A DNA stretch of 63,866 bases, counting the filler, from Cladosporium halotolerans (Eukaryota), in NCBI RefSeq assembly GCF_011745625.1. It is 7 parts of 7 records of this genome, joined end to end, with 100 filler letters (N's around TTAATTAATTAA, not from the genome) between each part and the next. Parts side by side here need not be neighbours in the genome. Positions count along the whole stretch, not along the records: positions 19,862 to 29,591 come from NW_027191602.1; positions 29,692 to 39,309 come from NW_027191603.1; 5 more parts are not named here. One strand, given 5' to 3'. Position 1 is the first letter of the stretch, and every line of letters starts with the position of its first letter. A program made the translations under genes and the position numbers. The notes below the pieces were generated by a model. That model saw nothing but the letters and a program-made list of their open reading frames with translations. It did no database searches and was not told the DNA's origin. This document shows positions 23,267 to 34,661 of this stretch, piece by piece.

Positions 23267-25210
23267 CTAGTGTTTGCGTTCCTGAGATCGATCGTGTCCG
23301 GTCGACAACTTGGATGGTGCGCCTGCCTCTCTGGCATTCAAGGCGCCTTCCTCCACCACCCGTCGCTGTTCGGGCATTTGCACGTCTGCAGAAGCCTGCA
23401 CTTGCGCAGATGAGCTAGTGGAGCTCAATGAGGCCCCCCTTCGAGATGATCCTTCACGTTGCTCTTCCACGTGGCATACCTTCATTCTTTTCTCAGCGAG
23501 CGCGATTTCTGGTCGTTCAGGCTGACCACCAAAACTTGCCAAGATAACGTCAGCGTCGGCAGTAGGGGCATCGAGGATGTCCAGTTCTTCTACGGTGAAA
23601 ATGCGAGTCAAAATGATCCATCGCAGCGGGATGAGAGCGATGATAATGACAGGAAAGCCAATCGCGCCGATCGTTTGGGAGATTGCGACAGAGGCAGCGA
23701 CACCAAACCAGCGGGTGGCGTCGTAGGACAGAATGCGTGATTTCAGGAGACTTGTCCGAGCATCCGCCGGTCGATTGTAGCCATGCTCTCGGAACAGGTA
23801 CACCAAATTGGAGGTCATTTGATTGCCCCCAATAGGACCCCAACCGACCGTCCAAAAGACACCCGCAAATAGGGCCCGAGGAATTGTATGCAACACATCT
23901 AACAGGGGGCCCGTCATCAGTCCGATAAACGCAAGGGCCATGAGGAAGTGTGATACCCTTTGCTCCTTGACTTCGACTGCACGAACGATCTTGGCGGGTA
24001 CGATCGCTTCTTCACCCCCGCTGTCCGTTTCCTTTCGAATGGTCTTCTCTTCTTTGTAGGCCGTACAGGCGTCGGTATGCACCGGAGCCTGTGGAACCAG
24101 ACCATTTGGAAGGGGGACGCCAATGATCCCGGCTGCAAAGCATGTACAACCCAGCAGAAAATAGTCCCAGTGGAAGCCCGATGGCTTTGTGAGGGGGAAC
24201 TGCTTGGCTTGCGCAGTGATGGAGGAGACATTGTGGTCGTAGTAGAAAAGCAGGGTCAGGAGAATGCCCATAGGGAGCGAGACGAAAATCCACTTTACAT
24301 CGAGGTTCCAGAAATCGATCAGCCATGGTCCAGGACCTGGATGCTCCACGGTCGGGTAGAAGGCGCGTGTGCGAGGAACGCGCATCAAGTTCGCTTCCGT
24401 AATGCGACCGGGGATGTGTGAAAAGCCGGTCCACCAAAGGGTGGCTATAGGATAGGCAAAGTCTGCCAGCGACTTTCGGACCCAGGGGGTGAACATGGTC
24501 GTCTTACCGATGTGCTCGAGTAGGTAGACCGAGGCCCAGTACCCGATGGCGATGACAATACTCAGGTAGCCACCTGTGATCTGGCCAGCATCCTCATAGA
24601 ATTGGGCGACCAGCTCTTCAACGCCCTTGATCATGTAGATGATGCCCACGTACATGCCGAAAGCCTCACTGGAGTAGTCGGTAATGTATCGCATATAGTC
24701 GCAAAGATTCAGGACAGCAGCGAGCCAATGCGTGATGGCAGCCCAGATGGCGACCCAAGCGATGATTTGGGGATACTGATCGACCACGCCTTGGGCTTTG
24801 GTGATGTCGTAGACCGTGTAGTTGAAGAGAGAGATCAGTCCCGTGATGCCAACGACGGTCAGTGGCTGGGCAGAGAGCAGACTGAAGACAACAGCGGCCA
24901 GGGCGGAGGAAAAGAGGGCCTCGTTGATGCCGAAAAAGCCCTCGGTATTCCTGCGCATGTCCAGCTGGAAGGCCAGAGCAGGGAGCAGGTTGACGAAGGT
25001 GATGCGCATAGTGGCCACGATGGTGTGGTAGTTGAGGCCGTCGATCCAATCGCTGGCGTAGTATGGCAGACGGCGCTTCACATCATGGTACATGCCTCTG
25101 CAGGGGCGCAAGACGCGATAGCTGCGCCATCCCCGGAGATGGTTCCACTGGTAGGGGTCGTTGGCAAAGTCGTGGGACTTCTCCGTGCGCTGCCGGTCCA
25201 GAGGCTCCAT
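23267..25210 (-). CDS. BOR1: HCO3-/borate transporter family (SLC4/BOR1-like), intronless
   Basis: DVKRRLPYYASDW, QPLTVVGITG, FYYDHNVSS, KPSGFHWD, NGLVPQAPVHT, EQRVSH; likely start ATG at 25210. Confidence 0.92.
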   Translation of the reverse strand: MEPLDRQRTEKSHDFANDPYQWNHLRGWRSYRVLRPCRGMYHDVKRRLPYYASDWIDGLNYHTIVATMRITFVNLLPALAFQLDMRRNTEGFFGINEALFSSALAAVVFSLLSAQPLTVVGITGLISLFNYTVYDITKAQGVVDQYPQIIAWVAIWAAITHWLAAVLNLCDYMRYITDYSSEAFGMYVGIIYMIKGVEELVAQFYEDAGQITGGYLSIVIAIGYWASVYLLEHIGKTTMFTPWVRKSLADFAYPIATLWWTGFSHIPGRITEANLMRVPRTRAFYPTVEHPGPGPWLIDFWNLDVKWIFVSLPMGILLTLLFYYDHNVSSITAQAKQFPLTKPSGFHWDYFLLGCTCFAAGIIGVPLPNGLVPQAPVHTDACTAYKEEKTIRKETDSGGEEAIVPAKIVRAVEVKEQRVSHFLMALAFIGLMTGPLLDVLHTIPRALFAGVFWTVGWGPIGGNQMTSNLVYLFREHGYNRPADARTSLLKSRILSYDATRWFGVAASVAISQTIGAIGFPVIIIALIPLRWIILTRIFTVEELDILDAPTADADVILASFGGQPERPEIALAEKRMKVCHVEEQREGSSRRGASLSSTSSSAQVQASADVQMPEQRRVVEEGALNAREAGAPSKLSTGHDRSQERKH

Positions 25211-26114
25211 TGCAGATGGCCGGGGTGCGGGGGAACGGGCAGGGCCGACGATGGCTTGCGGAAGGACAGGAGGCCTCTGAGAAGGCGTGGACGGAGAGGG
25301 TTGGGCGCGAAGCAAGGAAAGACGGCAGGTCGCAGAAAGAGCGGGCAGTGCGTGGTAGAGAGGGAGGGCGAGCCGAATCAGCAAGCGGTGGCAGAGGCTG
25401 CGAGGGAGCCATGTTGGAGGTCTTATATTGACGCGATGCCGGGAGGGTGGCGCGTGCTAAGTCAAGGCATGGGCAGCGGACAAGCATTGGATATCTTGGG
25501 GTGAGGAGAGGCAGATGCGCTGCGTCCAAGCCAGCGGTCGCGCGCCTAATCACGCTTGCAGCTGGCTGTGCCCCGAGCGCTGGCTGCCCGGGCAGTGTGG
25601 GCGAGTGACGCATATCTTGTGCGCCCGCGCCTACTTGTCCGTCTGCCCGGGCAGAATGTCTTGCGAGCCCTGATCTGCGTATCAGGGTTCATTAGATAAA
25701 GTAGGCGGACTGGCGTCATTTGGCCCGCCCAAGCAGAACAGAACCTCATCGGCCTCCTGCATCCGACGCGGCGAGACTCGACATCCTGTCCGCTCGCACC
25801 TTGGCGATGTCAACGGATGTCGGTGATTCGGCGGTAGCTACGATTGGCAGAAGCGCAAGCTGATCTTCCTGTCGCCAGCGTTAAACAACTGCCATTTGGG
25901 TGGCCTTGCAAGCGTCCCGTGATATGGTCGCGCTCGGCCAACATCGATTGGAACAGGCGGCTTCAATATGCACGATCGTAATTTGTTCTCGTGCATACAA
26001 CTGTCTTCACATTTCGACGGGTCCTGACCTACGACTGTGTTTAACACTTCTATAGTTGGCTTGTACCCTTGCAGCTCTCAACATCTTCCACCTCGAAAAG
26101 CTCGCGCTCGGTGA

Positions 26115-27137
26115 TCAGAAATGGTTCTCGCGTTGCATTCTCACATCCAACCAGAAACTCGAAGCCTCTTCCGGCAGGCCCGACTTCGTCACCGGAATCT
26201 CCCATTCATCAGCCTCTTCGACGATGCGATCATGCCACGCCCGGATGGCCTCGCACCTGCCACTGACTCCGGCGAAATGCATCATCATATCCCCCTTTCC
26301 CACTTGATACTTCGACCACTCCTGGTCCTCGCCGCGTGGGTACGAGTTGAACCAGCGGGGAGGAACATAGACGCAGCCGTGGGCAAACAGGGGATCTTGC
26401 ACCCATCGCTCCATCGCACTCTGTTCGGTGAACGGTAATGTCTCGTCCGGTCGGTAGGATGGGTACGCCAGGATGTTGGAGAGCAGCTTGATGCTCCATG
26501 CGGATACGCGCATGAGGAAGACGCCGTTGTTGAGCCCGTTCCAGTCCTCGGTGGCAAGCAGGTGGACGTCGTCCAGATCGAACGGAGGCAGGAAGGTCTC
26601 GGCAGGGATGAACGGGTTGGTCACGAGGGTGTCGGCGTCGAACCACATCAACCACCGAAGACGCGCGACGTCGGGCTTGGACATCTCGTGCAGCAGGACC
26701 TCCAGCAGAGCCGCCTCTTTGGACCACAGTCCGTCGATAATCGGTCGATCCAGAACGTAGATCGGATACCCGTGGATCTCGCTGTGCTTGACATGAGAGT
26801 CGAACGCGGTTTGGTAGCGTTCTGCGTACTTGCCATGCATGGCGGTGCACATGCCCACATCGGATTGGAGGGTGGGCCGGGGAGTGAGAACCAGCATCGG
26901 ATCGGTTCCCAGATGGATTAGCTTGGATGGCACAGAGGCTGTTGACAGCTGCAGAGCGGCAAGGCGGTCGAACAAGGAAGGGTGTTGGTGTTGTGAGAGG
27001 GATCTGTTGTCCGAAGAAAGGAATCCATCTGTCCTGAAAAGTTCCTTTCGAGCTTCCGAGCCGAGGAGGAACACGATACAAGCGAGGGAGGTGTAGATAA
27101 CGGTCTGCAAGAAGAAGCGTCTGTACTCGCGAGACAT
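26115..27137 (-). CDS. Glycosyltransferase family 34 (Mnn10/galactosyltransferase GMA12-like)
   Basis: N-terminal TM anchor, HGYP, GLWSKEAA, WLMWFDADT (DxD), DWNGLNNGVF, EQSAM, HFAG. Confidence 0.9.
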   Translation of the reverse strand: MSREYRRFFLQTVIYTSLACIVFLLGSEARKELFRTDGFLSSDNRSLSQHQHPSLFDRLAALQLSTASVPSKLIHLGTDPMLVLTPRPTLQSDVGMCTAMHGKYAERYQTAFDSHVKHSEIHGYPIYVLDRPIIDGLWSKEAALLEVLLHEMSKPDVARLRWLMWFDADTLVTNPFIPAETFLPPFDLDDVHLLATEDWNGLNNGVFLMRVSAWSIKLLSNILAYPSYRPDETLPFTEQSAMERWVQDPLFAHGCVYVPPRWFNSYPRGEDQEWSKYQVGKGDMMMHFAGVSGRCEAIRAWHDRIVEEADEWEIPVTKSGLPEEASSFWLDVRMQRENHF

Positions 27138-27836
27138 GTTGGTGCGTGTTGCGAGGATCTCTATGCGCTTCGAGGGTAACTGCGACACGGGGCGGGCGAA
27201 GGTCAAAGACAAGCCCACGCTGAGTGAACACTTGGGCAGAGCAATTGGTAGATATTTCACAACCGTAGCCTCGAGAGTGCTGTTATACCATCCTCCTTGC
27301 CCGTGTAACTCGTCGTCGCCAAGGGCGAGGGACTACGCGGCCTGCGCTCTGAGCCTAATTGACTTGGACGGCGACTCTATAATTGTCTTCTCTGGGCGCA
27401 TGCCAAGATCGATGAGGCTCACGCATACTGAGACCCGTAGCGCACCGTGGGCCAGATCGATAGACGGGGGGGAGACTAAGGTACCTGTTCTTGCTAGGGA
27501 GGCCAAGACCGACCCGCACTGCTGCTGCCCGGGCAGAGTGAGCACGGACGTCCTCTGGCTGCTTAGACGTAGATCGAGGGCGTAGATCGAGGGTTCCGCG
27601 CGCGGTGCAGCTCACCTACTCAGGTATTCTACGCCGGAACGCGTCGCGTTCCAGTCTGTGCCCCGCGTTGCTGGCAGTTGCGGCCTCGGATCGCGTCGCG
27701 TTCCATGTTTCGCACGGATCGCCGTATGCAGCATTGTTGGCTGTCGGGAACGCGACGCGTTCCTAGACACATCACCCTTTTCTGCTTGACCCTCTCGTAC
27801 TGTCAACCACTTGTGTGGTTCATTCTCATTCGAAAA

Positions 27837-28100
27837 TGAGTGCAACGGCACCGATGACGTCGCTCACCCAAAATGTTAGGCCGTCGCAAGCATGGAACGT
27901 CCTCCCCGAACCCGATGTTGACAACAAGTTCCTTGCTCTGGGCTTATACTGGGACAAATATGCGGGCGCTATCATATCTATCAAGTGCAAGTATGCCCTC
28001 CAGACAAAAGGTGAAAGAGTGTCGAGACATTTGGGCGACAAGCACGACATTCCTCCAACAGCAAGGAAAGGACTAAGCGCGTTCATGAAATACTTGAGCC
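27837..28100 (+). pseudogene. 5' fragment of a DUF3505/OrsD-like zinc-finger gene, truncated at the TAACC repeat
   Basis: AII(S)IKCKYAL...VSRHLGDKH resembles the 'ICxxCxxAL...v..HL...H' motif; the frame ends inside the repeat. Confidence 0.45.
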
Positions 28101-28132
28101 TAACCTAAACTAACCTAACCTAACCTAACCTA
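28100..28132. repeat. (TAACC)n / (TTAGG)n pentamer tract
   Basis: CCTAACCTAAACTAACCTAACCTAACCTAACCTA, about six units. Confidence 0.9.
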
Positions 28133-28702
28133 CTCTATTATTCTGCCTGAAACGCGAAGCGTTTCGGCAGAATGATGGAGTTTTTCCAATGTGGCACCGC
28201 GAAATGCGTTACGACCTTCACCTAGTTTTGGAAATGCGCAGCGATTCCAAAACTGGGGATTCAGGTAGAAACGCAACGCTACCGGACACTTACACCCAAC
28301 TGGATTGGTGTGGGTCTGCGAAGTGCGTCGCGCATCTGGGTCCAGGCAATCCATCGCTAGCGATGCGTTGCAGATTTCGTAGACAAGGAACCTTGTAATA
28401 TGCTGGAACTGTGTCGCATCACCAGTGTGCTGAAAACGGATCGCTAGCGACGCGTTTCGTGATGCTTGTCCGGTACTCACTGTGAATTGTTCGAAATGCG
28501 TCGCACTGCCGATTTGGAGAAATAGGTCCCTAGCGATGCGTTTCAGAATGCTTGGCCGCTCAGCATTAATGGTTGCTGGAGGTGCGTCGCAATACGAAGC
28601 CGGGGAAGTGCGTCGCTGGCGATGCATTACGAGATGCTTTCTTCATTCGGGTTCATTGCATGTCCGAAATGTGTCGCGCTTCGAGCTTCGGCAGTGCACC
28701 AC
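28133..28702. mobile_element. Unclassified repeat-rich element end (terminal hairpin plus dispersed inverted motifs)
   Basis: Hairpin at about 28133-28180; recurring GAA(A/G)TGCGTCGC and CTAGCGA(T/C)GCGTT motifs; no convincing ORF. Confidence 0.45.
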
Positions 28703-28704
28703 TA

Positions 28705-29591
28705 GAAGTCTTCCCTGGTCAGTGCACATCCCCGCTAGATGCACGCTTTCAAGCGCGTCATCAACACCACTTCTCGACGCGTTGAATCAACTACCATGGG
28801 GTCAATTGAGGACGCGATCGCGTTTCTACGTTCGTCTGATGGCCGTAATATAGCAGCAGTAGCCAAAAGATTCAATGTCAACCGTTCAACCCTCAGCAAA
28901 CGGTTCCGCGGGAAGACTGGCTCAGTGGCCAGGCGCATTGAAGGCCGCAGATTACTCACCAACAAGCAAGAGCAAGAGCTTGTCAAGCAGATACAGAGGC
29001 TTTGCGAGTGGTGCTTACCTCCTACACCAGCAATGTTGCGCAGCTGGGCCGCCCTGATATGTGGATCTGAGCCCGGCAAGAACTGGTCTGCAGACTTCAG
29101 GCGTAGACACGAGTCCGTCCTCGACTGCAGATATCTCAACACCCTCGATCTTGAGAGACACAAGGCTGAGTCCGAGCATTCTTTCAGGCGCTATTTCAAT
29201 ATTCTGAGACAGAAGATAGATGAATATGGCATACAGCCTCGGAATTGCTATAATATGGATGAGAAAGGCTTCCTCATAGGCCACCTGCAAAAGGCGCGCA
29301 GGATCTTTCCCAAGTCCATGACGAAGCAACAGAAGCTCCTAGGTGCTGGTCAAGATGGATCTAGGGAGTGGATAACCCTTGTAGCTACCATATGTGCTGA
29401 TGGTACCTCACTGCCACCAGCTCTTATCTACAAGGCTGTCAGCGGCGACTTGCAGGACACTTGGCTCCAGGACTATGATTCGAACGAGCACCCTTGCTGG
29501 TTTGCAAGCTCGCCCAATGGCTGGACCAGCGATGAGCTTGGTCTGAGCTGGCTGCAGAGCTTGTTCGACACTCAGACCGTCGGTAAAGCCA
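28705..29591 (+). mobile_element. Fot1/pogo DNA transposon, 5' half (transposase ATG at 28796; runs off the contig)
   Basis: TA|GAAGTCTTCCC terminus; HTH (VNRSTLSKR), YNMDEKGF, REWITLVATICADG, SPNGWTSDELGLSWL. Confidence 0.92.
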
Positions 29592-29691
29592 NNNNNNNNN
29601 NNNNNNNNNNNNNNNNNNNNNNNNNNNNNNNNNNNTTAATTAATTAANNNNNNNNNNNNNNNNNNNNNNNNNNNNNNNNNNNNNNNNNNNN

Positions 29692-29787
29692 ATTCCTCCT
29701 GTCGAGATATGCGACGATAGAGCCATGTGTTGACAAACGCGTCGCGTGAGCACGCGGTGGGTCTGTGCACACGGTGGGGAAGACTTC
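29692..29787. mobile_element. Terminus of a third related pogo element
   Basis: Ends GGGGAAGACTTC|TA, the reverse complement of TA|GAAGTCTTCCCC; internal sequence differs from the other two pogo termini. Confidence 0.75.
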
Positions 29788-30776
29788 TAATAAGAGGGGT
29801 CTGAACCACCTGAATCGGCTATAGACGCCGTTACATGGGATTAATTAGGATAGTGTATCTCGTTTACCTTAGTAGCTCGAAATAAACTAATGAGTACCGC
29901 TTAACCATATTGTTTCATTGTCTTCTATTTTCATTACCCCCGCGCTCGCGGCGGCTAGTGTAGATCTATCTATAGTATACCAACACCAAGATAATCTTAA
30001 ACGACTATAGTAAAGTCGTGTGGGGTAGCAATACATATATCTCATCTCTTAACGACTAGTGGGATACAGAGATTGTCTATCTCGCTATGGTCGCCTATGA
30101 AGATATAGTAGAAGCGTATAGAAAGGTCCGATAGGGCTCTAAGCATTCCAAAGTCCCCCTCAATACTCGGCAGAAAGAGCCCGGCGTAACAACAGTCCTA
30201 GTAGTGGACAATACCGCGTATATCTCCACGTCGGCGAAAGGCGGCCAGTTCCTGTATTTTCGCGAGGGTAGTGCGAACCGGTACAAGCAACTAGACCCCT
30301 CCCGTCCGTATCACGGAACTATGCAGACGGCCCTACTCAACTATCAAGCCAGGACGGCCGAAGGATGGGCGCACCGGACAGGCGCCTCGTATAGAGAAAT
30401 TTGGGTAACTTTGAGCTTTTGTAACACAGGTAGCGAAAGAGATCTCGACGGTACAAGGGTCGTTACTATCAATACGAAGCGGAAGACAGACATAACCCAA
30501 ATCGCATATCCGTGTAGAGATAAGTCAGATCCAAAGGTAAATTCTAGCTAGTCGTTCTCACTCGTGAGCCAACGAGAACCCTAGCTAACATGTAATTAGA
30601 AATACGACGGTGAATGGGGTTGTACATAGTATACGCAAGATCTTGGACTATATGTTATTCCAGAGGACACCGAAGATGCAGATGACCGACTTCAGTGTTT
30701 CAGTGCCGTGTAATCTGTCCCTAAGGGCGGCGCCAACAGCCTCATTTGCATGGTCCCACTCTTCAACATTCGCATA

Positions 30777-31412
30777 CTATTCAAGCTCTTCGATGGCGGA
30801 CCAATCCTCCCTATTCCTAGAGATCCCGTGTTTCACGCGCTCTTCATTAGGACATCTTCCGCATAGATAAGTGCAGAGCTCATCGTGAATATTGAGATCC
30901 TCCTCCGGACATTCGTTGAGCCTACTATATAACTCATCTCGTAGCCTAGCGTATCGGCAGCGGGATGAAAGTACAAGCTTGCGGATGAGATAGTAAGAGG
31001 CGTGCGGAGAACTGTACTTCAATCTCCGTCTATAATTGCTTAGCTTTAGCCCTGCTATCCAAGCACTCCAGACGCATGTGGCGCTGTCGGCGAGTTGGGC
31101 ATTTTCGAGAAGGCGACGGACGTGTGCCCGAAGGGGGAGCTTTCCGGTTGTGTAGAGAATGGCGTCAATTGTGTCAGGATTGCTTGGTGGGAGAGCTTCA
31201 ATGCTGGCTTCCGCGAGAGCAAGCCCGAGAGCGTCCTCGAAAGCGGGGATCTGACATTGGAGAACCGCTGCAATGATTTGGTCATTGCGTTCATTCCAGA
31301 TATCATGAAGCCGTTTATCTGCCTCAGACAGGGCCGCTGCGTCCCTGAGTCTGGTAGCTGATTCAAAAACATGGACGAGAAGCTCGACGGGGAGTGACGA
31401 CAGTCCAGACAT
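30777..31412 (-). CDS. F-box-like domain protein
   Basis: N-terminal LSSLPVELLVHVFES...AALS...KRLHDIW motif. Confidence 0.6.
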   Translation of the reverse strand: MSGLSSLPVELLVHVFESATRLRDAAALSEADKRLHDIWNERNDQIIAAVLQCQIPAFEDALGLALAEASIEALPPSNPDTIDAILYTTGKLPLRAHVRRLLENAQLADSATCVWSAWIAGLKLSNYRRRLKYSSPHASYYLIRKLVLSSRCRYARLRDELYSRLNECPEEDLNIHDELCTYLCGRCPNEERVKHGISRNREDWSAIEELE

Positions 31413-32440
31413 TTTGATAGAGTGACATCAGCAGCCAAACGGAATCGAGGACCTAAAGTGACGCTTCACCGACTGGCGTGCGGCAGGCGAATCGAAATGG
31501 AAGCGTCCTCGGCCTACATTATCAGTCAATGAAATGCTCGGGACCGCAAATTCTCTGATGGAAGCGGCTAGGAGGCGCGTGTTGAAACCGCAGGGAGGTA
31601 AATAGGCGGCCGAACAATAGAGTTGAATCAGGCTGGCGGGCGGCTAGAGAGACCAGACCGACACTGATGCCTTGGGAAGTTCACGAGAAGCTGATTGGAC
31701 GGCGTTTCGCGGGAACTAGTGGGCTGTCCTCCTCGCACTCGGGTCCTATTTCATCTATTCGTTTCCTATCTATAGAAAATCTACAAGTACGCCCCGGTGC
31801 TTGCTCGTTCACTAGTTGAAGCAGCGGTCGACCAATAGGACATAAATGACAATCCGCTGCTGGTAGGTCCACCATGGCAACTTGATTTACAACTTCTTAT
31901 ACCACATCCACATTATGCTCCTGTTGAAGGGACCTCGATGGAGACCACTCTACCATGTGAACCAAGTGGCCATTATCCCGGAAATCTACGGCAGATAATC
32001 GGTTTACTTGCTGTTTGCTGAAGATTATATGGCTTGCAAGAGTGTTTGTAACCTTCAGAGGGCACGCAAACGAACAATGGTAACTGGCAATCACGAATAT
32101 TCTCTGCCGCTTCACCAATCGGATAATGCGCTCTTCTGCTCGCAACGCAGCCTCGCAGATTGATGTAGCTTCATGCCGCCTTGAGATTAAACCAAATGGT
32201 CCCAAAGAGGCGCGCTACAGAATCAGAAGCCAAGCAAACTGAACACAAAGATGGACTAACGGAAAGCCGCAGCGTTTGCAAACTCGACGTCTTACCTCAT
32301 GCGTTGAGTTTAGCAAGGTGCATAGCTCAGATACAATGAGCAAGTGGGTTGTGTTGGAGGTTGATTCGTCCTGTGAATGGTGAAGATAAAAGTAGCCTGA
32401 TGGAATCCATCGGTATAAACGATGTAGTCCATGCACAACG

Positions 32441-33509
32441 ATGGCAAAGATGACCAAAGAGAATTTCGCCTTCTTCGACGTGGATTCGTCAAAGATCAAT
32501 TCGGTATTTCACCAACGCTTCCGTGAGCTGCTTGTCACCCAGCTCGTGAGCGACTGCCATGCAGCAATCTTTCCCCATGTTGCCGAAAAAGTTGGAGAAG
32601 CAAGCCAAAAATGCATTGTCCGACACAAACGTTGAAGATGTGCTGGTGAATGCTGCCGAAGAGGCCTTTTCCCGAACTCATCGATCAAGCTCTGAGTGTT
32701 CTCACGACGCCGTAGGAGCGTCTCACCAAACATCCTCGGTAACACGATTGAAACCCGAAAGTGCTGCAATCAATAATTCTTCCATGGCGGCGAATCCTCC
32801 CTCTAAATCTGGAGGCTGCAATACCTTTTCGTTACACTCGAGTGAGCGCGAGCATGCGAGTGCGACAACTCACAGCGGCGACACGCCCATCAATCAAGTC
32901 GCATCAGTTGAATCCGGGGCATCTCCATCTCGCAGTCTCTACTCGGTGGTCAGAGACGGGCTTGGTCCAATAAGCGTGACTTCCAGGTCATCCAGAGAGT
33001 CAGAACAGTGCAACAACCCGGTTCCGGGATCACCGACCGTGACAGGAAATGCGGATAGTGATCAAATCTTGGAGCCAGGAGTTTTGCAGCAGCAGAGTCA
33101 GCAGGAGGACAAACGAGAAAACCCTCATGGCAACCCGGGCCGACAGTTTATTCGTGTGCTTGAACTAGGCAGAGTGCGCCGGAAAATGAGGACCCTTGAT
33201 CTGGAGCCTGCGGAGATGACAAAGATAGCTTCGGACCTCACGACCCTTGTGCCTTTACCGCAGGCGCAAGACGCCCAGATGCAAGGACACTCCGACGTGG
33301 CGATTGACGAGCAAGAAGCGTTGTTCTTCAGAGATCGCGTTGCAAGGGTAACCCACAGACGACTTGCCTGGCTGAGACTCCACGGCAAAGAAGGAAGCGT
33401 GCGATCAATTGAGGACTGGTATCGGGAGGCTGCTCAGCTAGTTGGTTACCGAGACCAGGAAGAGGCTGGCCTACCATGGAGCTGGCAGGAGAATGAAGGT
33501 TACTTCTGA
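32441..33509 (+). CDS. Hypothetical protein (low-complexity middle, possibly multi-exon or frameshifted)
   Basis: 316-aa ORF 32559-33509 plus an overlapping upstream frame; no domain recognised. Confidence 0.4.
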
Positions 33510-33604
33510 GTGGTTTCCAAGAGTCCTGAGTCATCCAGTAATGGTGGAGGTTGTAACGAATTGCTGTACGCGCCGGTGGAGTAGAACTTTTGTCGGGGTA
33601 TCAT

Positions 33605-34228
33605 TTACACAAGCTCTTCCTCCCTCTTCTTCGCGCCTTCCAATCTCCGCACCACAATCTCAACATCTCTCATGCGCTCCTCCCACTCCACCCATCTTTC
33701 TCCCATCCCCAATACCCCAGTCTCATACCATCTCTCCACGACGTCAGCACTCCTCGACCGCAACTCAGCCAACTCTTCTGCCTGCTTCTCTTGTCTCGCC
33801 GCCGCCTTTTCGATTCTTGGTTGAAGTTCACGCAACTTGGCTGCTGATGAGGCATCCGGGACACTAGTGTCTTGCAAAGACTGGAGCTGACCAGAAATTC
33901 GAGAGTACAGTTGCGCATGCGACAGGACAAGGGCAGCTTGAGGTGCCAAGGGCAGGCTGTTGGAACGCTCCGCGTCGATAGCCTTGTTGAAGAGCTCGGG
34001 ATGCTTTGACTGCAGGCGAAGTACCTGTTCCGCTGCCGGCGATCTTGAAGCCACGAGTTGCATTTGACGTTCTAGGGTTCGAAGTCGTAGAGCCGCGCTG
34101 GAGTCAGCTGGCGGAGGAGATGATGCAGCCTCGTGCTCGTTGTCCCCGTTGAGCGCATGATTGATCCTGTGCAGGCGTGCTTCAAGCAATGCGAGATTTT
34201 GCGGCGATGCTGTGTCTTCGAACGCCAT
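33605..34228 (-). CDS. ro-10: Nuclear distribution protein RO10 / dynactin p24-like subunit
   Basis: LLEARLHRI..ALNG, L.LQSKHPELF, L.SLQD..VPD, LR.RSA.VVERWYE.GVLGMGERWVEWEER; coiled-coil. Confidence 0.8.
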   Translation of the reverse strand: MAFEDTASPQNLALLEARLHRINHALNGDNEHEAASSPPPADSSAALRLRTLERQMQLVASRSPAAEQVLRLQSKHPELFNKAIDAERSNSLPLAPQAALVLSHAQLYSRISGQLQSLQDTSVPDASSAAKLRELQPRIEKAAARQEKQAEELAELRSRSADVVERWYETGVLGMGERWVEWEERMRDVEIVVRRLEGAKKREEELV

Positions 34229-34661
34229 GGCCGGCTGTCAGCAGTCCGGTGTTGATGTCCGATATCACGCATGCATGCTAAGTCGGCAGGTCGGCAGGCC
34301 GGCACATGCTGAAGTCGCGCGGCTCAGGGCAACATCGGGACGAGCCGGCCGGCGTTCCCCACCCCCAAGAGTTGGCGTTTGGTAAAGACGTGATTGTGAC
34401 CATAGCACCTGAGCCGTTGCCTGCGACAGGAGGGCCCCATCGCATTTGACTAACGCTCCTTGATTTGCGCTCCATCCCTTAACCACCTGGCATCTTCCAC
34501 ACCTCGCACCGCCCACTGCAGGCCAGTATCGTCGCCTGACCCAGCCACGGCTGCGCGACACTCACCTTCGCACTGTTCGATGCCGTTCTGAAGCCTGCTT
34601 CGCTCGCCAACCACCGCCTCAATCTTGCGCCCGCGACGGAGAACCGCCGAAACGACATACC

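Noticed and set aside
24602..27231. Long antisense or alternative-frame ORFs over the BOR1-like and GT34 genes
   Set aside because: Shadow ORFs caused by high third-position GC in the real genes; no independent motifs.
28100..28132. True telomere
   Set aside because: Internal, only about six units, and a pentamer rather than the TTAGGG usual in filamentous ascomycetes.
28133..28702. CRISPR-like repeat array
   Set aside because: Eukaryotic context, short degenerate repeats in both orientations, irregular spacing and no cas genes.
28705..29787. A single pogo spanning the spacer at 29592-29691
   Set aside because: The two termini share only the first 11 nt and differ internally; the contigs are unlinked and the span is too short.
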